From positions 31,511 to 95,510 of IMG/VR virus record IMGVR_UViG_3300046002_005654: 64,000 bases of DNA. The stretch is one strand, 5' to 3'. The notes under the pieces are model-generated. The model was given only the letters and a program-made list of their open reading frames with translations. It ran no database searches and was not told the DNA's origin. Every line of letters starts with the position of its first letter. The first letter of the stretch is position 1. The stretch is from a virus. Made by a program: the position numbers and the translations under genes. Positions 47,734-57,699 of this stretch are shown one piece after another.

Positions 47734-48842
47734 CACAAAAAGGAGAATTATTCTTAAGAACATTTAAGAGTATTCAAAACAAACGTCAAAGAATACTTGA
47801 CGGAAAAATAAATTGTATTCCATGGGGATTTCCAAGATTTGAAGAGGAATCACCAGGTATTGAACAAGGAAAAATGTATATGGTTACTGCTCACCCTAAA
47901 GCAGGAAAAACACAATTAACCGATTGGTTATTCTTATACAATGTTATACAGCAGGTAATAGACTTTAAGCTAGATATACGTCTTAAAATATTCTATTTTA
48001 CATTAGAAATGAGTAAGGAAGAAAAAATGCTTTCTTGTTTTGCTAATATATTATATATGAAAGAAGGATTAGTTATATCTCCTAAAGACTTAAAATCAAC
48101 ACAAGCTTCAAAAGTATTAAGTAAAGAGAATCTTGATATAATAGAAAAATATCAACCTTATTTTAATAAAATAGAAGAAGTTGTAGAGTTTGTAGATTCA
48201 GTAAGACACCCATTTGGTATTTATGATTTTGTTAGAAAGTATGCGTTGGCTAATGGTACTATACATTACAAAGAAGTAAATACTGATGGTGTTATTACAA
48301 AAATAGTAGATTACTATGAAGCTAATGACCCTGATGAATATGTTATAACTATAATAGATCACATAGGATTAATATCTTCTGAAAAAAGAAATGGAGTTCA
48401 ATTAACTCTTCATGAAAGCATGTCTGTATTATCATCTGATTATTTAATTAAACTTAGAAATAGATTTAATTATATACCAGTAATAGTGCAACAACAGGCT
48501 TTAGCTGGAGAAAACTTAGAACATAAAAAAGCAGGAGCTTTAAGACCTTCATTAGCTAATTTAGGAGATAATAAGTTAACAAGTAGAGATATTAATGTTG
48601 CATTTGGTATTTTTAGTCCTTATAAGAATGAAATACCTGAATATATGGGATATGATATTACAAAATTTAAAGATAATATCAGATTTCTTGAAATAATTAC
48701 ATCTAGAGATGGAGGTGCTGGGACAATATGCCCTCTATATTTTAATGGAGCAGTAAATTATTTTAAAGAATTACCAAAACCAGAAAATAAGGCTGGTATA
48801 GAAAAAGTTTATAGCTTTATGCAAAATATAAAAAAGAATTAA
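47730..48842 (+). CDS. DnaB-like replicative helicase
   Basis: AHPKAGKT Walker A, YFTLEM, IIDHIGL Walker B, VQQQ, SRDGG. Confidence 0.85.
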   Translation: MTQKGELFLRTFKSIQNKRQRILDGKINCIPWGFPRFEEESPGIEQGKMYMVTAHPKAGKTQLTDWLFLYNVIQQVIDFKLDIRLKIFYFTLEMSKEEKMLSCFANILYMKEGLVISPKDLKSTQASKVLSKENLDIIEKYQPYFNKIEEVVEFVDSVRHPFGIYDFVRKYALANGTIHYKEVNTDGVITKIVDYYEANDPDEYVITIIDHIGLISSEKRNGVQLTLHESMSVLSSDYLIKLRNRFNYIPVIVQQQALAGENLEHKKAGALRPSLANLGDNKLTSRDINVAFGIFSPYKNEIPEYMGYDITKFKDNIRFLEIITSRDGGAGTICPLYFNGAVNYFKELPKPENKAGIEKVYSFMQNIKKN

Positions 48843-49430
48843 ATGAGAAAATTATCATCATCATATAGTGTTACATATGAAGTACGTAATGCTGATAATA
48901 AAATTATAAAAAACAAAAGAAATAACGCTTGCTATTCTTCATTATACTCAGATGGATTAGATATAACTGATAAGTTAATATTAACAGATTTTTACACAGA
49001 AGAAACTGGAAAATATTCTAGAATATATATTAAAAGATTGGCTAAAATATGTAATTTAAAATTAGATTATGTAAATGAAGATGAAATAGAATTAATTGGA
49101 TTTAATAGCGATTTTAAAGTTAAATTATTTACTAGTTTATTTAGAATATTATTTGAACATTATCCAGGATATGGAGGTGTAAATAGTTGGAAACAAAGAA
49201 ATATTAATTTTCTTGAATCCTATGTTAATAAAAAAAATAATAGTAATTACAAAGATATGTTAGAAAGGCTAATATATTACTACCAAAAAAATGAAGTGTT
49301 TCAAGGGGCTGGTCACGGAATAACAACACATGAAAAACAAGTAATATTAATAAAAAATATTCAAAACGTTAAGGATTGGGATGTTTATGCTTACTCTGAT
49401 ATGCAAAAATTTTTTAGTGTAGAAAATTAA
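48843..49430 (+). CDS. hypothetical protein
   Basis: ORF in operon. Confidence 0.5.
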   Translation: MRKLSSSYSVTYEVRNADNKIIKNKRNNACYSSLYSDGLDITDKLILTDFYTEETGKYSRIYIKRLAKICNLKLDYVNEDEIELIGFNSDFKVKLFTSLFRILFEHYPGYGGVNSWKQRNINFLESYVNKKNNSNYKDMLERLIYYYQKNEVFQGAGHGITTHEKQVILIKNIQNVKDWDVYAYSDMQKFFSVEN

Positions 49431-49444
49431 AAAACAAACAAATA

Positions 49445-50212
49445 ATGATAGAATTGCCAACCGAGATGGTCAAAGCAAGCAAAGTAAATCCAAGAAGTAT
49501 AATTCTTTTTGGTAAGCCTAAAATAGGCAAAACAACCGCAATATCTCAATTAGAGAATTGTTTAATTATAGACCTAGAAGGAGGAACTGATTATTTAGAC
49601 GCTCTTAAAATAGATGTAATTAAAATAGCTGAAGAACAAAAATTATCCCCAATAAAGGTGCTTAAAAACGTTATAGACTCTCTTAAAAAAGCTAATGAAG
49701 CTAAAGGAGGATTTGTGTATAAATTTGGAGCAATAGATACTATTAGTGTCTTAGAAGATATGGTAATGCCAGTAGCTTTAAGCCTTTATAAAAATACAGT
49801 TCAGGGAAGAAATTTCCAAGGAGATAATGTTTTAGATTTAGCAAATGGTGGTGGTTATCAGTACACAAGAAAAGCATTATGGATGGTTTTAGATGAATTA
49901 AAGCAATGTTTTGAAACATTGATTATAATCTCTCACTTGAAAGATAAATTGCTTGAAAAAGACGGAAAAGAGATGAATGAACGTGGTATAGACCTTATTG
50001 GTAAATCAGCTACTATATTGTCAGCACATGTTGACGCATTAGGCTATATGTATCGCGAAGATAACGAAACATTAGTTAACTTTATGCCATCTGAATCAAT
50101 AACTTGTGGCTCAAGATGTGAGCATTTAAAAGACAGGAAAATAGCGTTAATTACTTCTGATGAATCTGGAAAAATTACGGTAGACTGGTCTAAAATATTT
50201 TTAAAAGAGTAA
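49445..50212 (+). CDS. AAA-family ATPase (Sak4/AAA_24-like)
   Basis: FGKPKIGKTT, IIDLEGG, AIDTIS, ISHLKDK. Confidence 0.8.
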   Translation: MIELPTEMVKASKVNPRSIILFGKPKIGKTTAISQLENCLIIDLEGGTDYLDALKIDVIKIAEEQKLSPIKVLKNVIDSLKKANEAKGGFVYKFGAIDTISVLEDMVMPVALSLYKNTVQGRNFQGDNVLDLANGGGYQYTRKALWMVLDELKQCFETLIIISHLKDKLLEKDGKEMNERGIDLIGKSATILSAHVDALGYMYREDNETLVNFMPSESITCGSRCEHLKDRKIALITSDESGKITVDWSKIFLKE

Positions 50213-50286
50213 AATAAATACTGAACAGTTAGAGTTCTGTAATAAAAACTCGTTTTAAAAACAATAATAAAAAATAATAAAAGAAT

Positions 50287-50865
50287 ATGGGTGATTTCAA
50301 TCTGAATGGAGAAGATTTTAAATCGAAAAGTTTTTCGATTTTTAACAATGGAGTAGCAGGAAAAGTAGAAAACGTATCTATTAGTATAGATAAAAAACAA
50401 CCAACAGATGCAGATAATGCACCTGATTATAAAGTCAATTTTACTGATGAAAACGGTTCTGTTAATATGGGTATTTATTACCCAAGTTCTGATGCAACAG
50501 AGCAACAAATTAAAACGCAAATTAGTAAAGCTTTATCTATCACTAGAGCTATTATGGGAAATGATTATGTATTTGACGCAGTTAGCAATGCTAAAGAAGC
50601 TATTGATTTATGTATGAAAGTTTCTAAGAAAAATAGTGAAAATGCTAAAGTAAATGTTTTTGTAACCTACGGTACATTAGGTACTCCAAAGAAATATCTT
50701 GGAGTTTATAAAATATTTGACTTTGTTGAACAAGGAGGAGCTTCGCCATCTAAATTACGAAGAACAAGCAATCCAGCTAAACCTCAATATAACGACCTTA
50801 TGGAAGCTATTGAGCAAGATGAAGCGCCAGTAGTAGCTACAGGTAATTCTGATGACTGGATCTAA
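50287..50865 (+). CDS. putative single-stranded DNA-binding protein
   Basis: follows Sak4-like ATPase; acidic/aromatic C-terminus SDDWI. Confidence 0.55.
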   Translation: MGDFNLNGEDFKSKSFSIFNNGVAGKVENVSISIDKKQPTDADNAPDYKVNFTDENGSVNMGIYYPSSDATEQQIKTQISKALSITRAIMGNDYVFDAVSNAKEAIDLCMKVSKKNSENAKVNVFVTYGTLGTPKKYLGVYKIFDFVEQGGASPSKLRRTSNPAKPQYNDLMEAIEQDEAPVVATGNSDDWI

Positions 50866-50911
50866 TAATAAATAATTAACAAGCAGCGATAAAGCGTAGG
50901 AATTGTTAATG

Positions 50912-50982
50912 GCAGGAGTTGTAGCCCGATTGGTAAAGGCAGCACGTAATGGTGGGAAGCAGTTCAATTCTGCACACTCCGC
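50912..50982 (+). tRNA. tRNA-like RNA with shrunken anticodon arm
   Basis: acceptor GGAGT(T)G/CACTCC, D arm GCC-CGATTGGTAAA-GGC, T arm GCAG-TTCAATT-CTGC; anticodon arm only CAC-GTAATG-GTG. Confidence 0.5.
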
Positions 50983-51006
50983 AAATAATTAATTAAAATA
51001 AATAAA

Positions 51007-51276
51007 ATGGAAAATGAATTTGTAACATTTAAGTTTCAGAATGAAGATCGACTTAAATATGATGAAACATATATGAAGATGGAAGGACGTCCTGCTATTG
51101 TACAAAATTTACATAGTACATGTCCAGAATATGCTAATTGTAGAGTTACATTTGAAGATGGTAGAACAGAACTGTGGCATTATCCAACAGAACTTATTAA
51201 AAAACAAATTGAAGAAAATGAAATACCAGTAGATTTAGATGCAATATTATTACAAATCAAAAACTTAACTCCTTAA
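51007..51276 (+). CDS. hypothetical protein
   Basis: ORF. Confidence 0.5.
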   Translation: MENEFVTFKFQNEDRLKYDETYMKMEGRPAIVQNLHSTCPEYANCRVTFEDGRTELWHYPTELIKKQIEENEIPVDLDAILLQIKNLTP

Positions 51277-51278
51277 TT

Positions 51279-51578
51279 ATGTGGTATAAACTAGATGAAA
51301 ATAACAAACCTGTTCAAGCAAGTGATATTCATGACTATTTAGAATTGTCAGAGAATAGTCCTTTATCAAAACCTATAGCTCAAGAACATGTAGGTTCAAT
51401 ATTTATATCTACTGTATTCCTAGGTCTTGATCATTCTTGGAATAGTGAAATACCAATATTATGGGAAACTATGATATTTGGAGGAGAACACGATCAATAT
51501 CAAGAGAGATATACATCTTATGAAGATGCTCTTGAAGGACATAAAGTAGCGTTAAACCTTGTAAATATAAAAAAATAA
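51279..51578 (+). CDS. conserved phage hypothetical protein
   Basis: ISTVFLGLDHSW...WETMIFGG...ERY...A..GH motif. Confidence 0.65.
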   Translation: MWYKLDENNKPVQASDIHDYLELSENSPLSKPIAQEHVGSIFISTVFLGLDHSWNSEIPILWETMIFGGEHDQYQERYTSYEDALEGHKVALNLVNIKK

Positions 51579-51582
51579 GATT

Positions 51583-51819
51583 ATGCCAGTATTTGAACAT
51601 TTTATAGTAGACAAAACCACCAAGCAAGTTGAGGAAGCTTATAGTTGTAACAGTAGAGAATACTGGATAAAAGGTGGAGATTATGAAGGAACCATTGATA
51701 TGGAAATAGAAGTATTTGCTTCTTATAATCATGAAGAACATGCTAATAAGCTTTATGAAAGTTTAAAAGCCGCAGGGTTAGAGAATAAATATTTCAGTGT
51801 AAAAATAAGTATTAAATAA
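51583..51819 (+). CDS. hypothetical protein
   Basis: ORF in operon. Confidence 0.45.
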   Translation: MPVFEHFIVDKTTKQVEEAYSCNSREYWIKGGDYEGTIDMEIEVFASYNHEEHANKLYESLKAAGLENKYFSVKISIK

Positions 51820-51946
51820 ATATGAATAAATATGAATAAATTTGAATGTATTGAGTGTGGTACTAAATACAGCTCACCAGAAACAACACCTCCTCCAGGA
51901 ATTAAATGGAGCGATGGACATGTGTGTAATCCTAAACCTGTAAACA

Positions 51947-52321
51947 ATGGATAAAGAATTTATAATTTATGAACAAGCATTAGCTTTAAAGGAATTAGGA
52001 TTTGATGAACCTTGTTTTGGGTTTTACTATAAAGCAGTTATTATGTTAGGTTGTAGCAGAGATTATCCAAATCCTAATAAAGGAGACTTTTTAGAAACAC
52101 CACTTTACCAACAAGCTTTTAGATGGTTTAGAGAAAAATATAAACTTCATCATTGTATAAACACAATGTTTGAATCAAAAGGAAAAGTTTGGGATTGTTG
52201 TATAGGAAAAATATCAGGAGAAAGTTCTATTTGGAATGATGATGTAAAAGGTAAATACGAAAAAGCAGAATTTGAATGTCTTAAAAAATTAATAGAAATT
52301 GTAAAAAATAATGGTGATTAA
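51947..52321 (+). CDS. conserved Bacteroidota-phage hypothetical protein
   Basis: YEQALALKELGFDEPC...PLYQQAFRWFREK. Confidence 0.65.
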   Translation: MDKEFIIYEQALALKELGFDEPCFGFYYKAVIMLGCSRDYPNPNKGDFLETPLYQQAFRWFREKYKLHHCINTMFESKGKVWDCCIGKISGESSIWNDDVKGKYEKAEFECLKKLIEIVKNNGD

Positions 52322-53333
52322 TTTAAATAAAAAATTCGTAACAAAAGAAGCTTTATTAGAAGAGCTTACTGATATAGAAATATATCAAATGTATTTACCA
52401 GAAGCTTTTGTATTTAATAAAACAATTAAATCTCCTTTAAGAGATGAAGAAAACGCTTCATTTGGTTTTTTTATAGGAGAAAATGGAGAAGTTTGTTTTA
52501 AAGATTTCTTATTAGGTGCTGGAGATTGTATTAAATTTGTACAATTAAAATTTGGATTAGATTTCTTTGAAGCTATGAGTAAAATAGTATTAGATGCAAA
52601 TTTAGATGGTCAATTCATAATAAAAAATACATTTAAAACTAATATAAATGCATCGGCTCAAGGAACGTCTAGAGAAAAAATGATAGCAAGTGTTAATTCT
52701 TTTAAACTTGGGAAAAAAGCAAGAGAATTTCATTTATATGATTTTGCATTTTGGTCACTATTTGGAATAACACATAAAACTTTATTAAGATATAGAGTTC
52801 AGCCAGTTAGTCATTTATTTTATGGAGATAAAATAGTAGTTGCTGAAAGATTATCTTACGCGTTTGAAGAGCGTAAAGATGGTAAAGTAACGTATAAAAT
52901 TTATCAACCTGAAAGCGATCATTATAAATGGATTAATAATCATAATGAGTCTGTGTGGCAAGGATGGGAGCAATTACCTGAAAAAGGAGAAATATTAATA
53001 ATAACTAAATCATTGAAAGATGTTATGGCTATTAATGATGTTTGTGGAATACCAGCTGTATCACTACAAGCAGAAGGAGTTATGCCTAAACAGCAAGTTA
53101 TTGATGAATTAAAATCAAGATTTGAGATTATATTTTTATTGTATGACAATGATTATGATAAAGAAGTTAATTGGGGTCAAGAATTTGGAGCTAAAATAGC
53201 TTTAAAATATAACATAGCTCAAATAGAAATACATAAGTCATATAGATCAAAAGATTTTAGTGATTTAGTAGCTGCTAAAGGAAAGAAAATAGCAAAAGAA
53301 GTTTTAGCTGAATTAATAGAAATACCTTTTTAA
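52311..53333 (+). CDS. DNA primase (TOPRIM)
   Basis: SPLRDEENASF, IITKSLKDVM, LYDND, KDFSD. Confidence 0.85.
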   Translation: MVINLNKKFVTKEALLEELTDIEIYQMYLPEAFVFNKTIKSPLRDEENASFGFFIGENGEVCFKDFLLGAGDCIKFVQLKFGLDFFEAMSKIVLDANLDGQFIIKNTFKTNINASAQGTSREKMIASVNSFKLGKKAREFHLYDFAFWSLFGITHKTLLRYRVQPVSHLFYGDKIVVAERLSYAFEERKDGKVTYKIYQPESDHYKWINNHNESVWQGWEQLPEKGEILIITKSLKDVMAINDVCGIPAVSLQAEGVMPKQQVIDELKSRFEIIFLLYDNDYDKEVNWGQEFGAKIALKYNIAQIEIHKSYRSKDFSDLVAAKGKKIAKEVLAELIEIPF

Positions 53334-53334
53334 A

Positions 53335-53712
53335 ATGAATGAAAACGAAGAATTAGAAAAAAAAATATTAAAATATTTTAATCCAAAAGAATTAGTAATA
53401 TTAGACGACGGATACAATAGTCGTGGGCATTATAATTCAGTTACAGTAACGTATATATATAAATATGTATTGAATAAAGAATACGAAATGTCTGATATTA
53501 TAGATAAATTACTAGAAATGCATACTGATGAAAAAATTTATGCATTATTTTGCGGAACAGTTGAAAATGTTGTTTTTCACAATCGTGTTATAAATTATTG
53601 GAATTATCAATTAAATAACGGATACGAAAGATATAGCAATAAATATGCTTATGATTATTTTATAAATTATTTAAAACAATTAAAAATAGAAAACCAATTA
53701 GAAATAGTATAA
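53335..53712 (+). CDS. hypothetical protein
   Basis: ORF leading the ligase cluster. Confidence 0.5.
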   Translation: MNENEELEKKILKYFNPKELVILDDGYNSRGHYNSVTVTYIYKYVLNKEYEMSDIIDKLLEMHTDEKIYALFCGTVENVVFHNRVINYWNYQLNNGYERYSNKYAYDYFINYLKQLKIENQLEIV

Positions 53713-53714
53713 AA

Positions 53715-54149
53715 ATGGAAAAAGATGAAAAATTAGTAGCAGTTTATGGCTCGTTAAGAGAAGGAATGCATAATAATGGAATGTTAGGAAAATCTGAATA
53801 TATAGGAAGTTTTAATTCAGAACCATCATATACCATGTTTAGTGTAAATGATCAATATCCTGCTGTAATAAATGAAGGCTCTACTTCAATATTATTAGAA
53901 GTATATAAAACAAATCCAGAAGTTCAAAAGAAATTAAACTTTTTAGAAGGGTATCATGATTCAAAAGATACAAAACATAATTATTATAATAGAGAAACTA
54001 TAGAAACTCCATATGGAGATGCTTATATATATTATTTTAATAACGATACTTCAAACTGTAAAATGGTTGAATCAGGAGATTGGTCTTCTTGGATGGCTGA
54101 AAAAGAAAAAATTAAATCAGAAAAAATATACAACGAATGGGGTTATTAA
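53715..54149 (+). CDS. gamma-glutamylcyclotransferase (AIG2/BtrG-like)
   Basis: VAVYGSLR, LNFLEGY, SGDW. Confidence 0.85.
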   Translation: MEKDEKLVAVYGSLREGMHNNGMLGKSEYIGSFNSEPSYTMFSVNDQYPAVINEGSTSILLEVYKTNPEVQKKLNFLEGYHDSKDTKHNYYNRETIETPYGDAYIYYFNNDTSNCKMVESGDWSSWMAEKEKIKSEKIYNEWGY

Positions 54150-55072
54150 TAAAAAGAGTAGCTAAAAAAGAAACAGGAACAGTAGGTGTTGGAAAATATA
54201 GACCTATGATACGAAGTCGCCATCCATCTCATAATAAATTAAGATATGAAATAGCTAAATTGCCTTTCAGATCAGTTATTAGATTTGGATCATTAACAGA
54301 ATTAGTAGATAAATCATCATTAGATGGAAAAAGAATTGAATTAAATTCTAAAGAAGCTATTAGAAATAGTTCTTCTAAATTTAGAATGAAACAGTGTTTT
54401 ACTAAAGCAAAAGTTAAAACTGCTGAATGGTTTGTTTATAATTCAAAAGGAAATGGAAATAACTTTAGAAAACAATTTGCAGGGAGTAAAGACGATACTG
54501 ATTTAGAGGGATGGGAAGATTTTTCAGAAAAAATATTAGAATATCCAATAGTATCTAAACATCACTTTGGCTCAAGAGGTACTGGGAATAAACTTCATAA
54601 ATCTCAAGCTGAATTACAAGATTGGATGAAAGATAAGCAATTAGATAATTATATTTTTGAAAAATTTGTTAATTATAATAAAGAATATAGACTTCATTGT
54701 ACAAAAAATGGATGTTTTTACGCTTGTAGAAAAATGTTAAAAACAGAATTTAAAGATCATCCTAATGCTTGGCAAAGACACGATGATAATTCAGTATGGA
54801 TTTTAGAAGAAAATGAAAATTTCGATAAGCCTTCAAATTGGGATGAGATAATTGAAAATTGTGTTAATGCAGTAACGTCTTGCGGATTAGATTTTGGAGC
54901 TTGCGATTTAAGAGTACAAAATAATATTGATGAAGATGGTGTAAAAAGATCTCATTGTGACTTTATAGTTATTGAAGTTAATTCAGCTCCTTCATTTGGA
55001 GATGTAACTTTAAAAAAATACAAAGAAGAATTACCAAAACTTTTAATAGAAAAACATAATGCTAAAAGTTAA
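54137..55072 (+). CDS. ATP-grasp ligase
   Basis: YPIVSK..GSRGTG, EYRLH, GLDFGACD, IEVNSAP. Confidence 0.85.
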   Translation: MGLLIKRVAKKETGTVGVGKYRPMIRSRHPSHNKLRYEIAKLPFRSVIRFGSLTELVDKSSLDGKRIELNSKEAIRNSSSKFRMKQCFTKAKVKTAEWFVYNSKGNGNNFRKQFAGSKDDTDLEGWEDFSEKILEYPIVSKHHFGSRGTGNKLHKSQAELQDWMKDKQLDNYIFEKFVNYNKEYRLHCTKNGCFYACRKMLKTEFKDHPNAWQRHDDNSVWILEENENFDKPSNWDEIIENCVNAVTSCGLDFGACDLRVQNNIDEDGVKRSHCDFIVIEVNSAPSFGDVTLKKYKEELPKLLIEKHNAKS

Positions 55073-55463
55073 AGACCCAAGAGAAGTAGAAGATTTTGCT
55101 ATGAATTACGAAGGTAATGGCATAAAAGTATTTATAAAAGGTGGTTATATGACTCAATTTAGATATATAGAAGCTCCAACTGGTAATTGTCAATTAGCAA
55201 GCGCATATAACTTTTGTAATGTAATGCCTTATTTGAATAAATATAAAATTAGAGACTTGTTTATAAAAATGAGAAAAGGACAATTTATATTAAAAAGAAT
55301 ATTATTATTAGATTTAAACAGAAAATACGCAAATAATGTTGTTGAATGGCTTGCTCCGGGATCTATAATTGGAAATATGCCTTATAAATCAACAAATGGA
55401 AGTCAAATGAATATATTACTAATAAATTTAAGCTTAGTAAGGCAATTGCAATTACCAAAATAA
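55059..55463 (+). CDS. hypothetical protein in ligase cluster
   Basis: PTGNCQL and YKSTNGS motifs; overlapping ORF. Confidence 0.5.
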   Translation: MLKVKDPREVEDFAMNYEGNGIKVFIKGGYMTQFRYIEAPTGNCQLASAYNFCNVMPYLNKYKIRDLFIKMRKGQFILKRILLLDLNRKYANNVVEWLAPGSIIGNMPYKSTNGSQMNILLINLSLVRQLQLPK

Positions 55464-55481
55464 AAATAAAAAAATAGAAAA

Positions 55482-56192
55482 ATGAAAAAAATAATAGGAA
55501 TATACGCAGATGCCTTTAACGGAAAAGTTGGACAAACAGTACCTTATATGCAATTCTTTAGTCAATTTGGATATATTAGATTAATTTCTACATTAGACAA
55601 TCTTGATAATATTGAAAATGAAATAGATGTATTAGTTTCTCCAGGAGGCGCTGATGTTAATTCAGCTTTATATGGTAAAGTTCCTGGCGCTATGGACGGT
55701 AGAGCTAATCAGCATTATGAATATTTAGATAGTGTATTGTTACCTAAATTTATTCAAGCAAATAAACCTATTATAGGTATTTGTAGAGGAATGCAAGCTA
55801 TTAATTGCTTTTTAGGAGGTAATTTAAATCAACATATAGTAGGTCATCATCAAGGAGATGATAGACAGTCAACAAGACAAAAAGTTCAATTTACAAATAA
55901 TGATGGTGAATATTACATAAATACAATGCATCATCAATCTGTAGAAAAATTAGGTATTGGATTGGAATTATTGGCATATTCTCAACAATTTAGAGGATGT
56001 TATTCAGCTCAAGAAACAAGAATGACTTGGAGATATTTCAATAAAGAAGGAGTTATTGATAATAGAGTAGAAATGCCTATTACAATAGAGGCTTTTAAAC
56101 ATATTGAATTACCAATACTTGGAGTTCAATGGCATCCTGAAGAATTTAATTGTGAGTTTACAGTAAGTGAAATTAATAAATTATTAAAATAA
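55482..56192 (+). CDS. class I glutamine amidotransferase-like (peptidase C26/PuuD-like)
   Basis: PGGADV, GICRGMQ, NTMHHQ, QWHPE. Confidence 0.9.
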   Translation: MKKIIGIYADAFNGKVGQTVPYMQFFSQFGYIRLISTLDNLDNIENEIDVLVSPGGADVNSALYGKVPGAMDGRANQHYEYLDSVLLPKFIQANKPIIGICRGMQAINCFLGGNLNQHIVGHHQGDDRQSTRQKVQFTNNDGEYYINTMHHQSVEKLGIGLELLAYSQQFRGCYSAQETRMTWRYFNKEGVIDNRVEMPITIEAFKHIELPILGVQWHPEEFNCEFTVSEINKLLK

Positions 56193-56196
56193 AAAA

Positions 56197-56880
56197 ATGG
56201 AAAAGAAAAAAATAACAGTATTGGTAAATAAATCTGCAGGACATGAATCTTGTGTTGAATTTTTAAATGAAAGATTTGATGTTAATGTAATTGACTGTAA
56301 AGAAGACTTAGATCGTGTAAAAATAGATTTAATGTTATTTACAGGTGGTGAAGACGTAACTCCTTCTTACTATGGAGAAAGCAAAGGAAAATTTACTGGT
56401 AATAGCGAAAAAAGAGATGATATTGAAACTACGTATATGTATCAAAGAAGTAGAATGCATGGCATTCCTAAATTAGGTATATGTAGAGGAGCTCAATTTT
56501 TAACAGTAATGAGCGGAGGAAAGTTAATTCAACATGTTAATGGACATGGAATGAGTGGATCTCACCCATTAAATATGAAACATCTTGGAATTGATGGTGA
56601 ATTTAAAATAACATCTACGCATCATCAAATGATGTTTCCTTATAATCTTGAAAAAAAAGATTACGAAATAATAGCTACTTCTAGTTATTTTCTTTCTAAT
56701 ACTTATTTAGACGGAATTAATCAAGAAAAAGAATTGCCAAAAGATTTTGAGGAATGTGAAATTGTATTTTATCCAAATTCAAATTCATTATGCATTCAAG
56801 GTCATCCTGAATATAGTAATTGTCCTAAAGATACTATTCAAGAATGTTTAAACTTAATTGAACAATATTTAAAATTATAA
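56197..56880 (+). CDS. second class I glutamine amidotransferase-like (C26)
   Basis: TGGEDV, GICRGAQ, TSTHHQ, QGHPE. Confidence 0.9.
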   Translation: MEKKKITVLVNKSAGHESCVEFLNERFDVNVIDCKEDLDRVKIDLMLFTGGEDVTPSYYGESKGKFTGNSEKRDDIETTYMYQRSRMHGIPKLGICRGAQFLTVMSGGKLIQHVNGHGMSGSHPLNMKHLGIDGEFKITSTHHQMMFPYNLEKKDYEIIATSSYFLSNTYLDGINQEKELPKDFEECEIVFYPNSNSLCIQGHPEYSNCPKDTIQECLNLIEQYLKL

Positions 56881-56882
56881 AA

Positions 56883-57689
56883 ATGAATAAATTTAATATA
56901 ACATTAGGGGCAGACCCAGAAACTTTTATTTGTGATGACAAAGAAATAGTTTCAGCTGAAGGATTAACTGAAGGAGGGACTAAAAAAGAACCAAAAATGA
57001 TTAGCGAAGAAGGCCATGCTATTCAAGAAGATGGAATTATGTTTGAATACAATATTCCCCCCTGTAAAACAGAAGAAGAATGGGTTAACGCTCATAAATT
57101 TTGTATTGATTATTTAGAAATATTAGCTAATGTTAATGGATTTAAATTAAGTGGTGAGGTTAGTGGTGTTGTAAATAAAAAATATTTAAAATCATTACAA
57201 GCAACAACCTTTGGTTGTGAGCCAGATTTCAATGTTTATGCAAAATCAATTAACGAAGCTCCTGATAACAATACAAACTTAAGATGCGCAGGTGGACATG
57301 TAGCTTTTGGTTATGATAATCCAGAATTTCCAACATCTGAAAAAATTGTAAAAGCTTTTGATATGTTTGTTACTTTACCAGCCCTCTTTAAAGACAATGA
57401 TACGCGTCGAAGAGAGTTATACGGAAAAGCAGGCTCATTTAGAGTAAAAGATTTTGGTGTAGAATGTAGAGCATTATCAAATTTTTGGATTAAATCCGAA
57501 GAAAACATGAGATGGGTATATAGACAATCAATTAAAGCAATTGAATGCGTTTTAAACAACGAAATTGACGAATTGATAGAATTATACTCTGAACAAGTTA
57601 GAGAGGCTATAGATACAGCTAATTTAGAATTAGCCACTAAATTATTAATTAATATTAATAGTGAAAAAAGAGAACTAGTAAAAATATAA
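56883..57689 (+). CDS. phiEco32-like COOH-NH2 ligase type 2
   Basis: LGADPETF, EYNIPP, FGCEPDFN, AGGHV, RRELYGKAGSFR..GVECRALSNFW. Confidence 0.9.
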   Translation: MNKFNITLGADPETFICDDKEIVSAEGLTEGGTKKEPKMISEEGHAIQEDGIMFEYNIPPCKTEEEWVNAHKFCIDYLEILANVNGFKLSGEVSGVVNKKYLKSLQATTFGCEPDFNVYAKSINEAPDNNTNLRCAGGHVAFGYDNPEFPTSEKIVKAFDMFVTLPALFKDNDTRRRELYGKAGSFRVKDFGVECRALSNFWIKSEENMRWVYRQSIKAIECVLNNEIDELIELYSEQVREAIDTANLELATKLLININSEKRELVKI

Positions 57690-57699
57690 CAAAAATAAA

